A DNA stretch of 64,000 nt from an uncultured Candidatus Entotheonella sp. Lineage in GTDB: Bacteria > Tectomicrobia > Entotheonellia > Entotheonellales > Entotheonellaceae. The notes beneath the pieces were generated by a model, which had not been told where the DNA came from, did not search any database, and was given only the letters and a program-made list of their open reading frames with translations. The stretch lies in NCBI GenBank assembly GCA_965215335.1, contig CBDCDA010000001.1, forward strand, positions 640,001 to 704,000, in the 5' to 3' direction. The number at the start of each line of letters is the position of its first letter. Position 1 is the stretch's first letter. Below are positions 40,387 through 50,411 of the stretch, in pieces. A program made the position numbers and the translations under genes.

Positions 40387-42576
40387 GTGACGCCATTCGA
40401 TGGAAACGGCCGTGATGGGTCAAAACGGGTGCCCGTGAATCAAATGGATCATTCTTCTCCGCAAGACCAGTGCCGGATGGGCGTGGATATCGGCGGCACG
40501 TTTACCGACGTGGCACTGGAAATCGACGGCGCCTTCCACACCGCCAAGACGCTGACCACGCCCGAGGCGCCCGAGCGCGGCGTGCTGCAGGGTGTGCACG
40601 AGGTGCTGCAACGCGCCGGCGTGCAGCCGCACGCCGTCACCACGGTGATTTACGGCACCACTCTGGCCACCAATCTCCTGATCGAGCAAAAAGGCGCGGC
40701 GACGGCGCTGGTCACCACCGAGGGCTTCCGCGACGTCATCGAGATGCGCAACGAGAACCGCTATGAGCAGTACGATCTCGACATCGATCTGCCCACCCCG
40801 CTGGTGCCGCGCCGGCTGCGCCTGCCGGTGCGCGAGCGTCTCAACGCCCGCGGCGAGGTGCTGCGGCCCCTGGCCGCAGCCGACGTCGAAGCCCTGATCC
40901 CCCGCCTGCGCTCGGAGGCCGTGCGCAGCGTCGCCATCGGCTTTCTGCACAGCTACATGAACGCTGCCCACGAAGAGCGGACGCGCGACATCCTGCTGGC
41001 CGCCCTGCCTGACCTGGAAGTCACCCTGTCCAGCGAGGTGTCACCCGAAATGCGCGAGTACGAGCGCATTTCAACGGCCTGCGCCAACGCCTACGTGCAG
41101 CCGCTGATGAGCCGCCATCTGCGGAGTCTGCAGCAACGACTGGCCGACGCCGGGCTGCGCTGCCCGCTCTATCTCATGCTGTCCGGCGGCGGCATCACGA
41201 CCCTCGAAACCGCCATCCGCTTCCCCGTGCGTCTGGTCGAGTCCGGCCCGGCCGGCGGCGCCATTTTCGCCAGCCACATCGCGCGCCAACTGGGGCTGGA
41301 TACCGTGCTGTCCTACGACATGGGCGGCACCACCGCCAAAATCTGCCTGATCGACGACGGCGCTCCACAAACCTCGCGCAGCTTCGAGGTGGCGCGCGTC
41401 TATCGGTTCCTGCAGGGCAGCGGCATCCCGCTGCGCATTCCGGTCATTCAGATGGTCGAAATCGGCGCCGGTGGCGGCTCCATCGCCACACTCGACGCGC
41501 TGGGGCGTGTCGCCGTGGGGCCGGAAAGCGCCGGCTCGGAACCCGGCCCGGCCTGCTACGACCGCGGCGGCGAGCACCCGACCGTCACCGACGCCGACGT
41601 CGTTCTCGGACGCATCGACCCGCAGCAGTTCGCCGGCGGGCGCATCGTGCTGGACCGCGACAAGGCCGCCGCCGCCCTGTTGAGTGGCGTTGGCGAGCAA
41701 CTCGACCTCGACGCCGGCGGAGCCGCCCTCGGGGTGTCGGAAATGGTGGACGAGAACATGGCCAACGCCTCGCGCGTGCACGCCATCGAGAGCGGCCGGA
41801 TGCTGGAAGACCGCACCCTCATCGCCTTTGGCGGCGCTGCCCCGCTGCACGCCGCGCGCCTGGCGGAGAAGCTGAACGTGCGGCGCGTCGTCATCCCGCC
41901 CGAGGCCGGCGTGGGCTCCGCCATCGGCTTTCTGCGCGCGCCGGTTTCGTACGAGGTGACCCGCAGCTTTTACCAGCGCGTGGCGTCGCTCGACATCGAC
42001 GGCGCCAACGCGCTGCTGGCCGCCATGCGCGCCGAGGCCCTCGCGGTGGTGGAAGCCGGCGCCGCCGGCCGGCCATCGAGCGAGACGCGCACGGCGTTCA
42101 TGCGCTACGTCGGCCAGGGCCACGAGGTAGGCGTCGAACTGCCGGTGCGCATTCACACCCCGCGCCTGGAAGCCGACGCGCCGGCCGTGCTGCTGGCGGC
42201 GTTCGAGGCCGAATACCGCCGCCTCTACGAACGCAGCATCCCGCACCTCGAAGTGGAAATTCTCACCTGGGTCCTGCTGGTCAGCACCGCCGACGAAGCC
42301 GCCGTTCCGGTCGTCAGGCCGGCTCGATCCACCGCCGCACCGCCGCCCGGCGGCCAACGGCGCATCGTGGACACGGTCACCGGAGAGTCCCTCACCGCGC
42401 CGGTGTATCAACGCCAGGACTTGTCGCCAGGCATACAGATCACCGGACCCGCGGTGATCGTCGAAGACGACACCTCCACCGTCGTCAGCGGCCGTTTTCG
42501 CGCCCGGGTGCACCCGCTCGACTACCTCGTTCTCGAACACCTGTCGTCCCGGGAGGAAGGAGGCATCGCGCCATGA
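40387..42576 (+). CDS. Hydantoinase A / oxoprolinase family (start uncertain)
   Basis: GVDIGGTFTD, ESGPAGG and DMGGTTAK motifs. Confidence 0.92.
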   Translation: MTPFDGNGRDGSKRVPVNQMDHSSPQDQCRMGVDIGGTFTDVALEIDGAFHTAKTLTTPEAPERGVLQGVHEVLQRAGVQPHAVTTVIYGTTLATNLLIEQKGAATALVTTEGFRDVIEMRNENRYEQYDLDIDLPTPLVPRRLRLPVRERLNARGEVLRPLAAADVEALIPRLRSEAVRSVAIGFLHSYMNAAHEERTRDILLAALPDLEVTLSSEVSPEMREYERISTACANAYVQPLMSRHLRSLQQRLADAGLRCPLYLMLSGGGITTLETAIRFPVRLVESGPAGGAIFASHIARQLGLDTVLSYDMGGTTAKICLIDDGAPQTSRSFEVARVYRFLQGSGIPLRIPVIQMVEIGAGGGSIATLDALGRVAVGPESAGSEPGPACYDRGGEHPTVTDADVVLGRIDPQQFAGGRIVLDRDKAAAALLSGVGEQLDLDAGGAALGVSEMVDENMANASRVHAIESGRMLEDRTLIAFGGAAPLHAARLAEKLNVRRVVIPPEAGVGSAIGFLRAPVSYEVTRSFYQRVASLDIDGANALLAAMRAEALAVVEAGAAGRPSSETRTAFMRYVGQGHEVGVELPVRIHTPRLEADAPAVLLAAFEAEYRRLYERSIPHLEVEILTWVLLVSTADEAAVPVVRPARSTAAPPPGGQRRIVDTVTGESLTAPVYQRQDLSPGIQITGPAVIVEDDTSTVVSGRFRARVHPLDYLVLEHLSSREEGGIAP

Positions 42577-44309
42577 GCCACGCCGCCACGCTGTCGACCA
42601 TCCACCAGCACATCATGTGGAATCGCCTGATCTCGGTCGTCGAGGAGCAGGCGCAGACGCTGGTGCGCACCGCCTTTTCCACCAGCGTGCGGGAGGCCGG
42701 CGACCTCGCCGCCGGGGTGTTCGACCGCCAGGGCCGCATGCTGGCGCAGGCCGTCACCGGCACGCCGGGACACATCAACTCCATGGCCGAGGGGGTTGGG
42801 CATTTCATCGCCAGGCACCCGGTCGACACCATGGAACCCGGCGATGTGTTCATCACCAACGACCCGTGGTTCACTTCCGGACACCTGCACGACATCACGG
42901 TGGTGACGCCGACCTTCCACCGCGAGCGGCTGGTCGGGCTGTTCGCCAACACCTGCCACGTGGTGGACATCGGAGGGCGCGGCTTCGGACCGGACGCCCG
43001 CCAGGTCTTCGAGGAAGGCATCACCATTCCCATCCTGCACCTGTTCCGGCGCGGCGAGCCGAACGACACCCTGCTCGACCTCATCCGCGCCAACGTGCGC
43101 GAGCCGCGGCAGGTGGTCGGCGACATCTTCTCGTTCGCCGCCGCCAACGATACCGGCGCCCATCGCCTGCAGGCCATGATGGCGGAGTTCGACATCGCGC
43201 AGCTCGACGACCTGGCGGCGTTCATCTTCGAGCACTCGCGCCGGGCGACCATCGAGCGTATCCGCGCCATCCAGCCGGGGACGTATCGCAACGAGCTGAC
43301 CATGGACGGGTACGACGAACCGGTGACGCTGCGCGCCGCGCTGACGGTGGGCAACGACGCCATTCACGTCGACTACACCGGCACCTCGCCGGTCAGCAGC
43401 CACGGCATCAACGTGGTGCTGAACTACACCAAGGCGTACACCTGCTTCGGGGTCAAGTGCGCGGTGGCACCGGACATCCCGAACAACTACGGCTCGCTGC
43501 TGCCGATCACCTTCTCGGCGCCGGAGGGCTGCATCCTCAACGCGCCGCGCCCGTGCGCGGTGGCGGCGCGGCACATCATCGGGCACCTGCTGCCGGACAC
43601 CGTGCTGGGGTGCCTGCACCAGGTGCTGCCCGGCGGCGTGCAGGCGGAGGGGTCGGCGTCGCTGTGGAACATCCAGCTGCGCGGCGGGTCGTCGGTGTTC
43701 CCCGGCCACACCGGCACGCGTCCGGCGTTCGAGATGCTGCACTTCAACAGCGGCGGCAGCGGCGCCCGCCCGCGCAAGGACGGCATGAGCGCGACCGCCT
43801 TTCCGAGCGGCGTGCGCGGCATGCCGGTGGAGGCCAACGAGGCCATCACCCCGGTCATCTTCTGGCGCAAGGAGTTCCGGGAAGACTCCGGCGGCGCCGG
43901 CGCGCAGCGCGGCGGCCTCGGGCAGGTCATCGAAATCGGTGGTGCCGACGGCATGCCGTTCGACGTGCTCGCCATGTTCGAGCGCGTCGACAACGCCCCG
44001 CGCGGTCGCAACGGTGGCGCCGACGGCGCCACCGGACGGGTCAGCCTGGCTTCCGGCGCCGCCCTGCGCCCCAAGGGTCAGCAGACCATCCCGCCGCACG
44101 ACCGCCTGCGCCTCGACATGGCCGGTGGTGGCGGCTTCGGCAACCCGCATGACCGGCCGGCCGAGCAAGTCGCCGAAGACGTGCGCAACGGCATTGTTTC
44201 CGTTTCTTCCGCCCGCACCCGTTATGGCGTCGCGCTTGACGCCGACGGCCGCGTGGACCAAGCGGCGACCGCCACGCTGCGATCCCTGGGTTCGGGCGAC
44301 TCGGCATAG
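42573..44309 (+). CDS. Hydantoinase B / oxoprolinase family
   Basis: RTAFSTSVREAGD, NDPWFTSGHLHD and GGGGFG motifs. Confidence 0.92.
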   Translation: MSHAATLSTIHQHIMWNRLISVVEEQAQTLVRTAFSTSVREAGDLAAGVFDRQGRMLAQAVTGTPGHINSMAEGVGHFIARHPVDTMEPGDVFITNDPWFTSGHLHDITVVTPTFHRERLVGLFANTCHVVDIGGRGFGPDARQVFEEGITIPILHLFRRGEPNDTLLDLIRANVREPRQVVGDIFSFAAANDTGAHRLQAMMAEFDIAQLDDLAAFIFEHSRRATIERIRAIQPGTYRNELTMDGYDEPVTLRAALTVGNDAIHVDYTGTSPVSSHGINVVLNYTKAYTCFGVKCAVAPDIPNNYGSLLPITFSAPEGCILNAPRPCAVAARHIIGHLLPDTVLGCLHQVLPGGVQAEGSASLWNIQLRGGSSVFPGHTGTRPAFEMLHFNSGGSGARPRKDGMSATAFPSGVRGMPVEANEAITPVIFWRKEFREDSGGAGAQRGGLGQVIEIGGADGMPFDVLAMFERVDNAPRGRNGGADGATGRVSLASGAALRPKGQQTIPPHDRLRLDMAGGGGFGNPHDRPAEQVAEDVRNGIVSVSSARTRYGVALDADGRVDQAATATLRSLGSGDSA

Positions 44310-44457
44310 GGTGGAGGTAGCCGATCTGCGTCCTGAGGCGGTGATCGTTCGCATGGGTCGGGTCGGGGACTTGTCGGGCGTCAGGGACGGCCGGTGGAAA
44401 CAGGCGTGCGACTATATGCTCATAGAGCAAGATGGCGAGAAGTCCCGTGTGTTGTTT

Positions 44458-44526
44458 ATCGACGCGGATCTGAAGCAGGCGGAGGCGGAGATCATGTGGC
44501 TGTTGCGGGAGGTGACGGCGGGGTGA
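44458..44526 (+). repeat. Inverted copy of the hsdM 3' end, including the 37-bp repeat
   Basis: Matches the reverse complement of 33946-34011 (IDADLKQAEAEI..LLREVT) with a 3-bp insertion. Confidence 0.92.
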
Positions 44527-45923
44527 GGGTATCCACTCAGCGGCGCTGGCCCACAAAGCGGCTCCGCCACGTCATGCAGCGAGGTCTTTCGTCGGATAAT
44601 CGGCAGCGACTCGCCCGCGCTTCTCGTGTGACCTTCCTGCCAATGGAGGCGATTGGCGAACAAGGTCGGCTTGATACATCACATGTACGCGATCTTGAAG
44701 ACGTACGTTCAGCCTACACACAGTGCTTCGACGGCGATGTTCTTGTAGCCAAGATCACGCCATGTTTTGAAAATGGCAAGGGAGCCCTCGTCAGTAACAC
44801 CCTCGATGGTGTGGCCTATGGGACAACGGAACTTTACGTCCTGAGGCCAAGTGCTGAGATACACGGCAAGTTTCTTTACTATGTAACGACAGATCCACGA
44901 TTCAGGGTGGCTGGTACAGCGTGCATGACCGGAGCCGCTGGCCAACAGCGCGTACCGGAGGATTTCATTCGGAATTATCGGATGCCGGTCCCGCAGTGGC
45001 GCAAGCAGCGTGCCATCGCCGACTACCTCGACCGCGAGACGGCGCGGCTCGACGCATTGGTAGCGGCCAAAGAACGACTGCTCGATCTGTTGACCGAGAA
45101 GCGCCGGGCGCTCATCACGCGAGCCGTCACCCGCGGCCTCGGTGCTGTTGAACAAGCGCACCCTGATCCGGTGGCACCGGTTGGTTTAGGAGATCATGCG
45201 GCTGTTGCGGGAGGTGACGGGGTGAGCGAACGCAACGGCATCCTTCGGCGTCGGCTCAAGTACGTCGCTACGATAAACGGCGATGTGCTGAACGAAGACA
45301 CGGATGATGACTACGAGTTGCAGTACATTGATATTGGCAACGTCGATTCTTCTGGCACGATCCACGATACCGCAACTTATCGCTTTGGAGATGCTCCCAG
45401 TCGAGCCCGAAGGCGGGTGCGTGACGGAGACGTTGTCGTTTCGTGTGTGCGCACTTACCTTCAGGCAATCTCACAGATTCAAGACCCGCCTGAAAACCTC
45501 GTCGTGTCAACCGGATTCGCGGTGATACGGCCCTTCTCGGGCCTCTTGAACGTTGCCTTCGCCAAGCATGTTCTACGCGAGTCGTCATTCTTGGCTGAAA
45601 TCGAAAAGCGATCAGTTGGGGTCAGTTATCCGGCCATCAATGTATCGGATCTCGCTGACATTTCGATACCCCTGCCGCCAATCCACGAACAACGCGCCAT
45701 CGCCGACTACCTCGACCGCGAGACGGCGCGGCTGGATACGTTGTCTTCAATGACCGAGGATACCATCGCCCTCCTAAGGGAACGCCGCGCGTCGCTCATC
45801 TCTGCTGCGGTAACCGGCCAGATCGACGTGAAGGAAGAGGCATGCGAGTTACGTTCCTGGAACTCGCCAACGTCCGCACGATCGAGGCCGCCGCGTTTCG
45901 ATTCCGGCCGGGCGTCAACCTGA
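44523..45923 (+). CDS. hsdS: Second hsdS cassette (TRD-B plus TRD-C), probably silent
   Basis: TRD-B nearly identical to the distal TRD of 32585..33949; new TRD-C; same conserved helices; stop TGA changed to TGG, extending the ORF by 21 aa. Confidence 0.88.
   Translation: MRVSTQRRWPTKRLRHVMQRGLSSDNRQRLARASRVTFLPMEAIGEQGRLDTSHVRDLEDVRSAYTQCFDGDVLVAKITPCFENGKGALVSNTLDGVAYGTTELYVLRPSAEIHGKFLYYVTTDPRFRVAGTACMTGAAGQQRVPEDFIRNYRMPVPQWRKQRAIADYLDRETARLDALVAAKERLLDLLTEKRRALITRAVTRGLGAVEQAHPDPVAPVGLGDHAAVAGGDGVSERNGILRRRLKYVATINGDVLNEDTDDDYELQYIDIGNVDSSGTIHDTATYRFGDAPSRARRRVRDGDVVVSCVRTYLQAISQIQDPPENLVVSTGFAVIRPFSGLLNVAFAKHVLRESSFLAEIEKRSVGVSYPAINVSDLADISIPLPPIHEQRAIADYLDRETARLDTLSSMTEDTIALLRERRASLISAAVTGQIDVKEEACELRSWNSPTSARSRPPRFDSGRAST
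45189..45225 (+). repeat. 37-bp hsd repeat in front of TRD-C
   Basis: Exact reverse complement of 33235-33271. Confidence 0.92.
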
Positions 45924-46146
45924 TTGTCGGCGTCAACGGCGTTGGCAGGACGACGGTGCTGGACGCGCACCGGGTGCGGGCGCTCCTGGTGGAAAACCAG
46001 GTCACGGCCCCGCCCGTTCCGGTCGAGCGCATCGCCAGGAGTTTGGCCGCCCAGTTGTGCTTTGCCCCGCTTGACATCTGCTGATGCGTGATACCGTATC
46101 GGCGGCAAGTCTCAACGAGATAGAGATCGAGGCCAACCTGTTCGCA
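45842..46146 (+). pseudogene. Chimeric remnant: AAA-ATPase start joined to ImmA/IrrE-like metallopeptidase fragments
   Basis: Copy of the 32603 ATPase N-terminus, then PPVPVERIARSL and, in another segment, EIEIEANLFA. Confidence 0.55.
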
Positions 46147-46172
46147 TGACGCAACCCTTGGGGAGCCACGAC

Positions 46173-47579
46173 ATGAGCTTCGTCTTCTACGACACCGAAA
46201 CCACCGGAACGGACACCTGTTTCGATCAAATCCTCCAATTCGGGGCCATCAGGACGGACTACGAACTGCGGGAGATGGAACGCTTTGAAATCCGCTGCCG
46301 GCTGCTGCCGCACATCGTGCCGTCGCCCGACGCCTTACTCATCAGCGGCCTCACTGTCGAGCAACTCACGAACCCCGGTCTGCCGAGCCATTATGAAATG
46401 GTGCGGACCATCAAGGCCAGGCTGGAGGCGTGGTCGCCCGCCGTCTTCATCGGCCACAACTCGATGCGGTTTGATGAGGTTCTGCTGCGCCAGGCGTTCT
46501 ACCAGACCCTGCACGATCCGTACCTGACCAGCACGAACGGCAATTGCCGCCTGGACAGCCTGACGGTCCTCCAGGCGGCCGACTTCTTCCAGCCGGGTGT
46601 CCTCTCCGTGCCGGCCAATGACAAGGGCAAACCGAGCTTCAGCCTTGCCCGGCTTGCGCCGGCCAACGGTTTCAACCGTCACGTCGCACACGACGCGATG
46701 GGGGATACCAAGGCGACCCTCCACCTGTGCCGCCTGCTGAGCGAGCGGGCCGGGGGTTATTGGTCGAACGTCGTGCGCTTCGCGCCGAAGGCGGCGGTGC
46801 GGGATTTCGTCGAGGCAAACGACGTCTTTTCGTTCACCGGCACCTTCTTCGGCAGAACCTATTCCTGGATGGTCACCGACCTGGGGCCGAACCCGGCATA
46901 CGACTCGGAACGGTTCGTGTTTGACCTGTCCAACGACCCCGAGACGTTCGCCGCGCTCAGCGATGCCGACCTGGGCGCCCGCCTCGCCGCAAGCCCCAAG
47001 CCGGTGCGGCGCCTGCGCGTCAATGCCGGCCCCTGCATCCTGCCCTACGAGGACGTTCCCGCCGCCGTGCGCCTGCGGATACCTGGTATCGACGAGGTCA
47101 GGAACCGCGCCGCTTACATCCGGGACAACGAAGGTTTTGCGCGGCGCCTGATCGCCGCCATGGCTGGCGCCCACGAGGCAAGAGAACCCTCCGTTCACGT
47201 CGAAGAGCAGATTTACGACAGCTTCACCCGGCATGAGGACCAGGAGGTCATGGCCGCGTTCCACGAGGCACCGTGGTCCAGCCGCGCCGACCTCCTCGGC
47301 CGCTTGGCCGACGCGCGGCTGAAGGTCCTGGGCGAGCGGCTGCTCTACACCGAAGCCCCGGAGGCGATGCCGGCGCGTGGCCGAGTCCACTACGAGGCCG
47401 ACGTCGCCGAGCGCCTCAGGGCAGTCGAAGGCACGGTCCCCTGGCGCACCCTGCCCCAGGCAATCCGGGAGACGGACACCCTTCTGGCCGGTTCGCCCGG
47501 TCATGGGGCGCCGCTTCTGGAAGGCTTGCGTGATTACTTGGTCGGAAGGTCCGAGGCAGCCTCGGCGATGATGGCTTGA
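46173..47579 (+). CDS. sbcB: Exonuclease I-like DEDDh 3'-5' exonuclease
   Basis: FYDTETTG, ILQFGAIRTD, GHNSMRFD, AHDAMGD and VEEQIY motifs. Confidence 0.85.
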   Translation: MSFVFYDTETTGTDTCFDQILQFGAIRTDYELREMERFEIRCRLLPHIVPSPDALLISGLTVEQLTNPGLPSHYEMVRTIKARLEAWSPAVFIGHNSMRFDEVLLRQAFYQTLHDPYLTSTNGNCRLDSLTVLQAADFFQPGVLSVPANDKGKPSFSLARLAPANGFNRHVAHDAMGDTKATLHLCRLLSERAGGYWSNVVRFAPKAAVRDFVEANDVFSFTGTFFGRTYSWMVTDLGPNPAYDSERFVFDLSNDPETFAALSDADLGARLAASPKPVRRLRVNAGPCILPYEDVPAAVRLRIPGIDEVRNRAAYIRDNEGFARRLIAAMAGAHEAREPSVHVEEQIYDSFTRHEDQEVMAAFHEAPWSSRADLLGRLADARLKVLGERLLYTEAPEAMPARGRVHYEADVAERLRAVEGTVPWRTLPQAIRETDTLLAGSPGHGAPLLEGLRDYLVGRSEAASAMMA

Positions 47580-47585
47580 CGGCAC

Positions 47586-47813
47586 GTGGCAGGCGGCAGG
47601 CGGCTGATGTCATGGCGTTGCAGGCAGCGATGCAGTGACGGAACGGGTGAGGTGTGGGAGGGTCGGCTTGAGGGCATGACGGTCTTGGGGTTGATGCTGT
47701 AGGTTTGGCTCAGTTCCTTGAGCGAAGCTTTCGATGAGCGAAGCTTTCGATCACTGTATTGCTTTTCTGACGGCGTGCGTGGTCGTGGCGCTGCCGTGAA
47801 ATACCTGCCCCAT
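47586..47813 (-). pseudogene. IS481-family transposase 5' remnant
   Basis: Reverse strand reads MGQVFHGSATTTHAVRKAIQ...INPKT; 47586-47678 resembles 3699-3785; 16-bp tandem duplication at 47719-47750. Confidence 0.75.
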
Positions 47814-47839
47814 ATCGAACAAAAAAACAGGGGTGCATC

Positions 47840-48967
<1,128 letters not shown>

Positions 48968-49092
48968 CCCGCCGGTTACCTTGACGGGCAGCCTCACCAA
49001 TGACACGGCCGCTGAAAGCTGCTGACTGAGCCACAAGCGCCGTTCGTCATCCTCATCCATCTCCGCCTTCCTCTTGAAACAGGATTTGCGTC

Positions 49093-50388
49093 TTATCCGC
49101 TGAAAGCGCCGTCGCGACCGAGCAGATCCACACCGCACCGCCGACACGGAGGCATGGCCTCCAGGAAATGCTCTTCCAGCGCCGGCTCCGTTGCCGGACG
49201 GTCGCACCACCCACACGGTTCCCCGTATCGATAGAGCGCATGGAGCAGGGCCATCAGCTCCGGGCGGTCGCGGCGCCGCACCCTGCCCTTTTGCTCAAAA
49301 CGCTGCCGCAGCGCCAGCACCCGTTCCCGGCGGTGCTCGCCCGAACCCTCAAAGGCCAGTTGCATGGCTTCGTGCCGGCGCCGCGCGATGCGGCGCCGGC
49401 CGCGCTCGATGGTGTAGGCCAGCAGAAAGGGCACGGCGAAGACCGACACGAAGAAATAGACGATAAGCCCTGTGTAGGTGACAACACCGGTGCCAAAACG
49501 CCGCAGCCCGGCAACGAGCCGCTGGCCGGGCTCGTCGGTCGCGTCGCAAGCATGCAGGGTCTTCATGTAATGCCTGGCCGCGTCGGGATCGAGGATGCCG
49601 GCGCCGAGGCTCTGGCCCGCCCCGGCGACCGGCTCTGCCGTGCGGACAAGCGCTTTCAGGCCGGTCCGAGGCGTCGCACAGGGCGTGTCCAGGAGGAGTT
49701 GTCCGAGCACCCCGGCTACCATCGGGCTGGCAAACGAGGTGCCGCTGGCCATACCCATCCGTAGCGGGCTTCTGACGAATTGCCAGCCCGGCGCGCACAG
49801 GCTGATCCAGGAGCCGTAGTTGGAATAGGCCGCTTTTTCCCGGCTGTGCCGCGTGCTCGAACAGACGCCAACCACCTCCGGCAGCGCCGCCGGGTAAAAG
49901 GGATCGTCCCGGTCATCGTTGCCCGCGGCGGCAATGAAGATCAGGCTGGCGTCCCGCATCCGACGCACCTGCGTGCGCAAGATTTCGTCGTAGGCATAGC
50001 TGCCCAGGCTGACGTTGATCAGGAGGGTCGTTGCGGCATCGTACTGACGGCTCAGGTCGTCGACGTGCAGCAGCGCCTGCACGATGCTGCGCGAGCCGAG
50101 GTCGCCGTGCAGGTTGATCGGTCGGGTCGTGCAGCGGGGGCACTGCCGTTGGATGACACTGCGTACCTGCGCCCCATGCGCGTCGAAGGCGTCCTGCGTG
50201 TCTACCACGAAGATAACCACCTGCTGACGGGTAGACGCCGCGCCGTCCGGCGCGTCTTCATCGCTCGGCGAGGACGGCAGCAACGGTACCCCGAAGAGGC
50301 CCGTGAGGGCAAGCCAGCCGGCGGTAATCACGGCGCCGCAGACAACCGTCCGCCGGTGCCGCTTGGTGGGGGAATCCGACTCGGTCAT
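49093..50388 (-). CDS. Membrane-anchored S8 (subtilase) peptidase
   Basis: VVDT, HG, AAAGND and SGTSFASP motifs; transmembrane segments on both sides; C-terminal CGWC..CRRC. Confidence 0.8.
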   Translation of the reverse strand: MTESDSPTKRHRRTVVCGAVITAGWLALTGLFGVPLLPSSPSDEDAPDGAASTRQQVVIFVVDTQDAFDAHGAQVRSVIQRQCPRCTTRPINLHGDLGSRSIVQALLHVDDLSRQYDAATTLLINVSLGSYAYDEILRTQVRRMRDASLIFIAAAGNDDRDDPFYPAALPEVVGVCSSTRHSREKAAYSNYGSWISLCAPGWQFVRSPLRMGMASGTSFASPMVAGVLGQLLLDTPCATPRTGLKALVRTAEPVAGAGQSLGAGILDPDAARHYMKTLHACDATDEPGQRLVAGLRRFGTGVVTYTGLIVYFFVSVFAVPFLLAYTIERGRRRIARRRHEAMQLAFEGSGEHRRERVLALRQRFEQKGRVRRRDRPELMALLHALYRYGEPCGWCDRPATEPALEEHFLEAMPPCRRCGVDLLGRDGAFSG

Positions 50389-50411
50389 GCCTGCATGCGG
50401 CGCCGGGCAGG

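Noticed and set aside
33235..45225. 37-bp repeats as a CRISPR array or integron attC sites
   Set aside because: Spacing is about 700 bp, the copies are in inverted pairs inside coding sequence, they are not palindromic, and no cas or intI gene is present
47719..47750. 16-bp tandem repeat as an operator or iteron
   Set aside because: It lies inside a decayed IS481 reading frame and is most simply a slippage duplication
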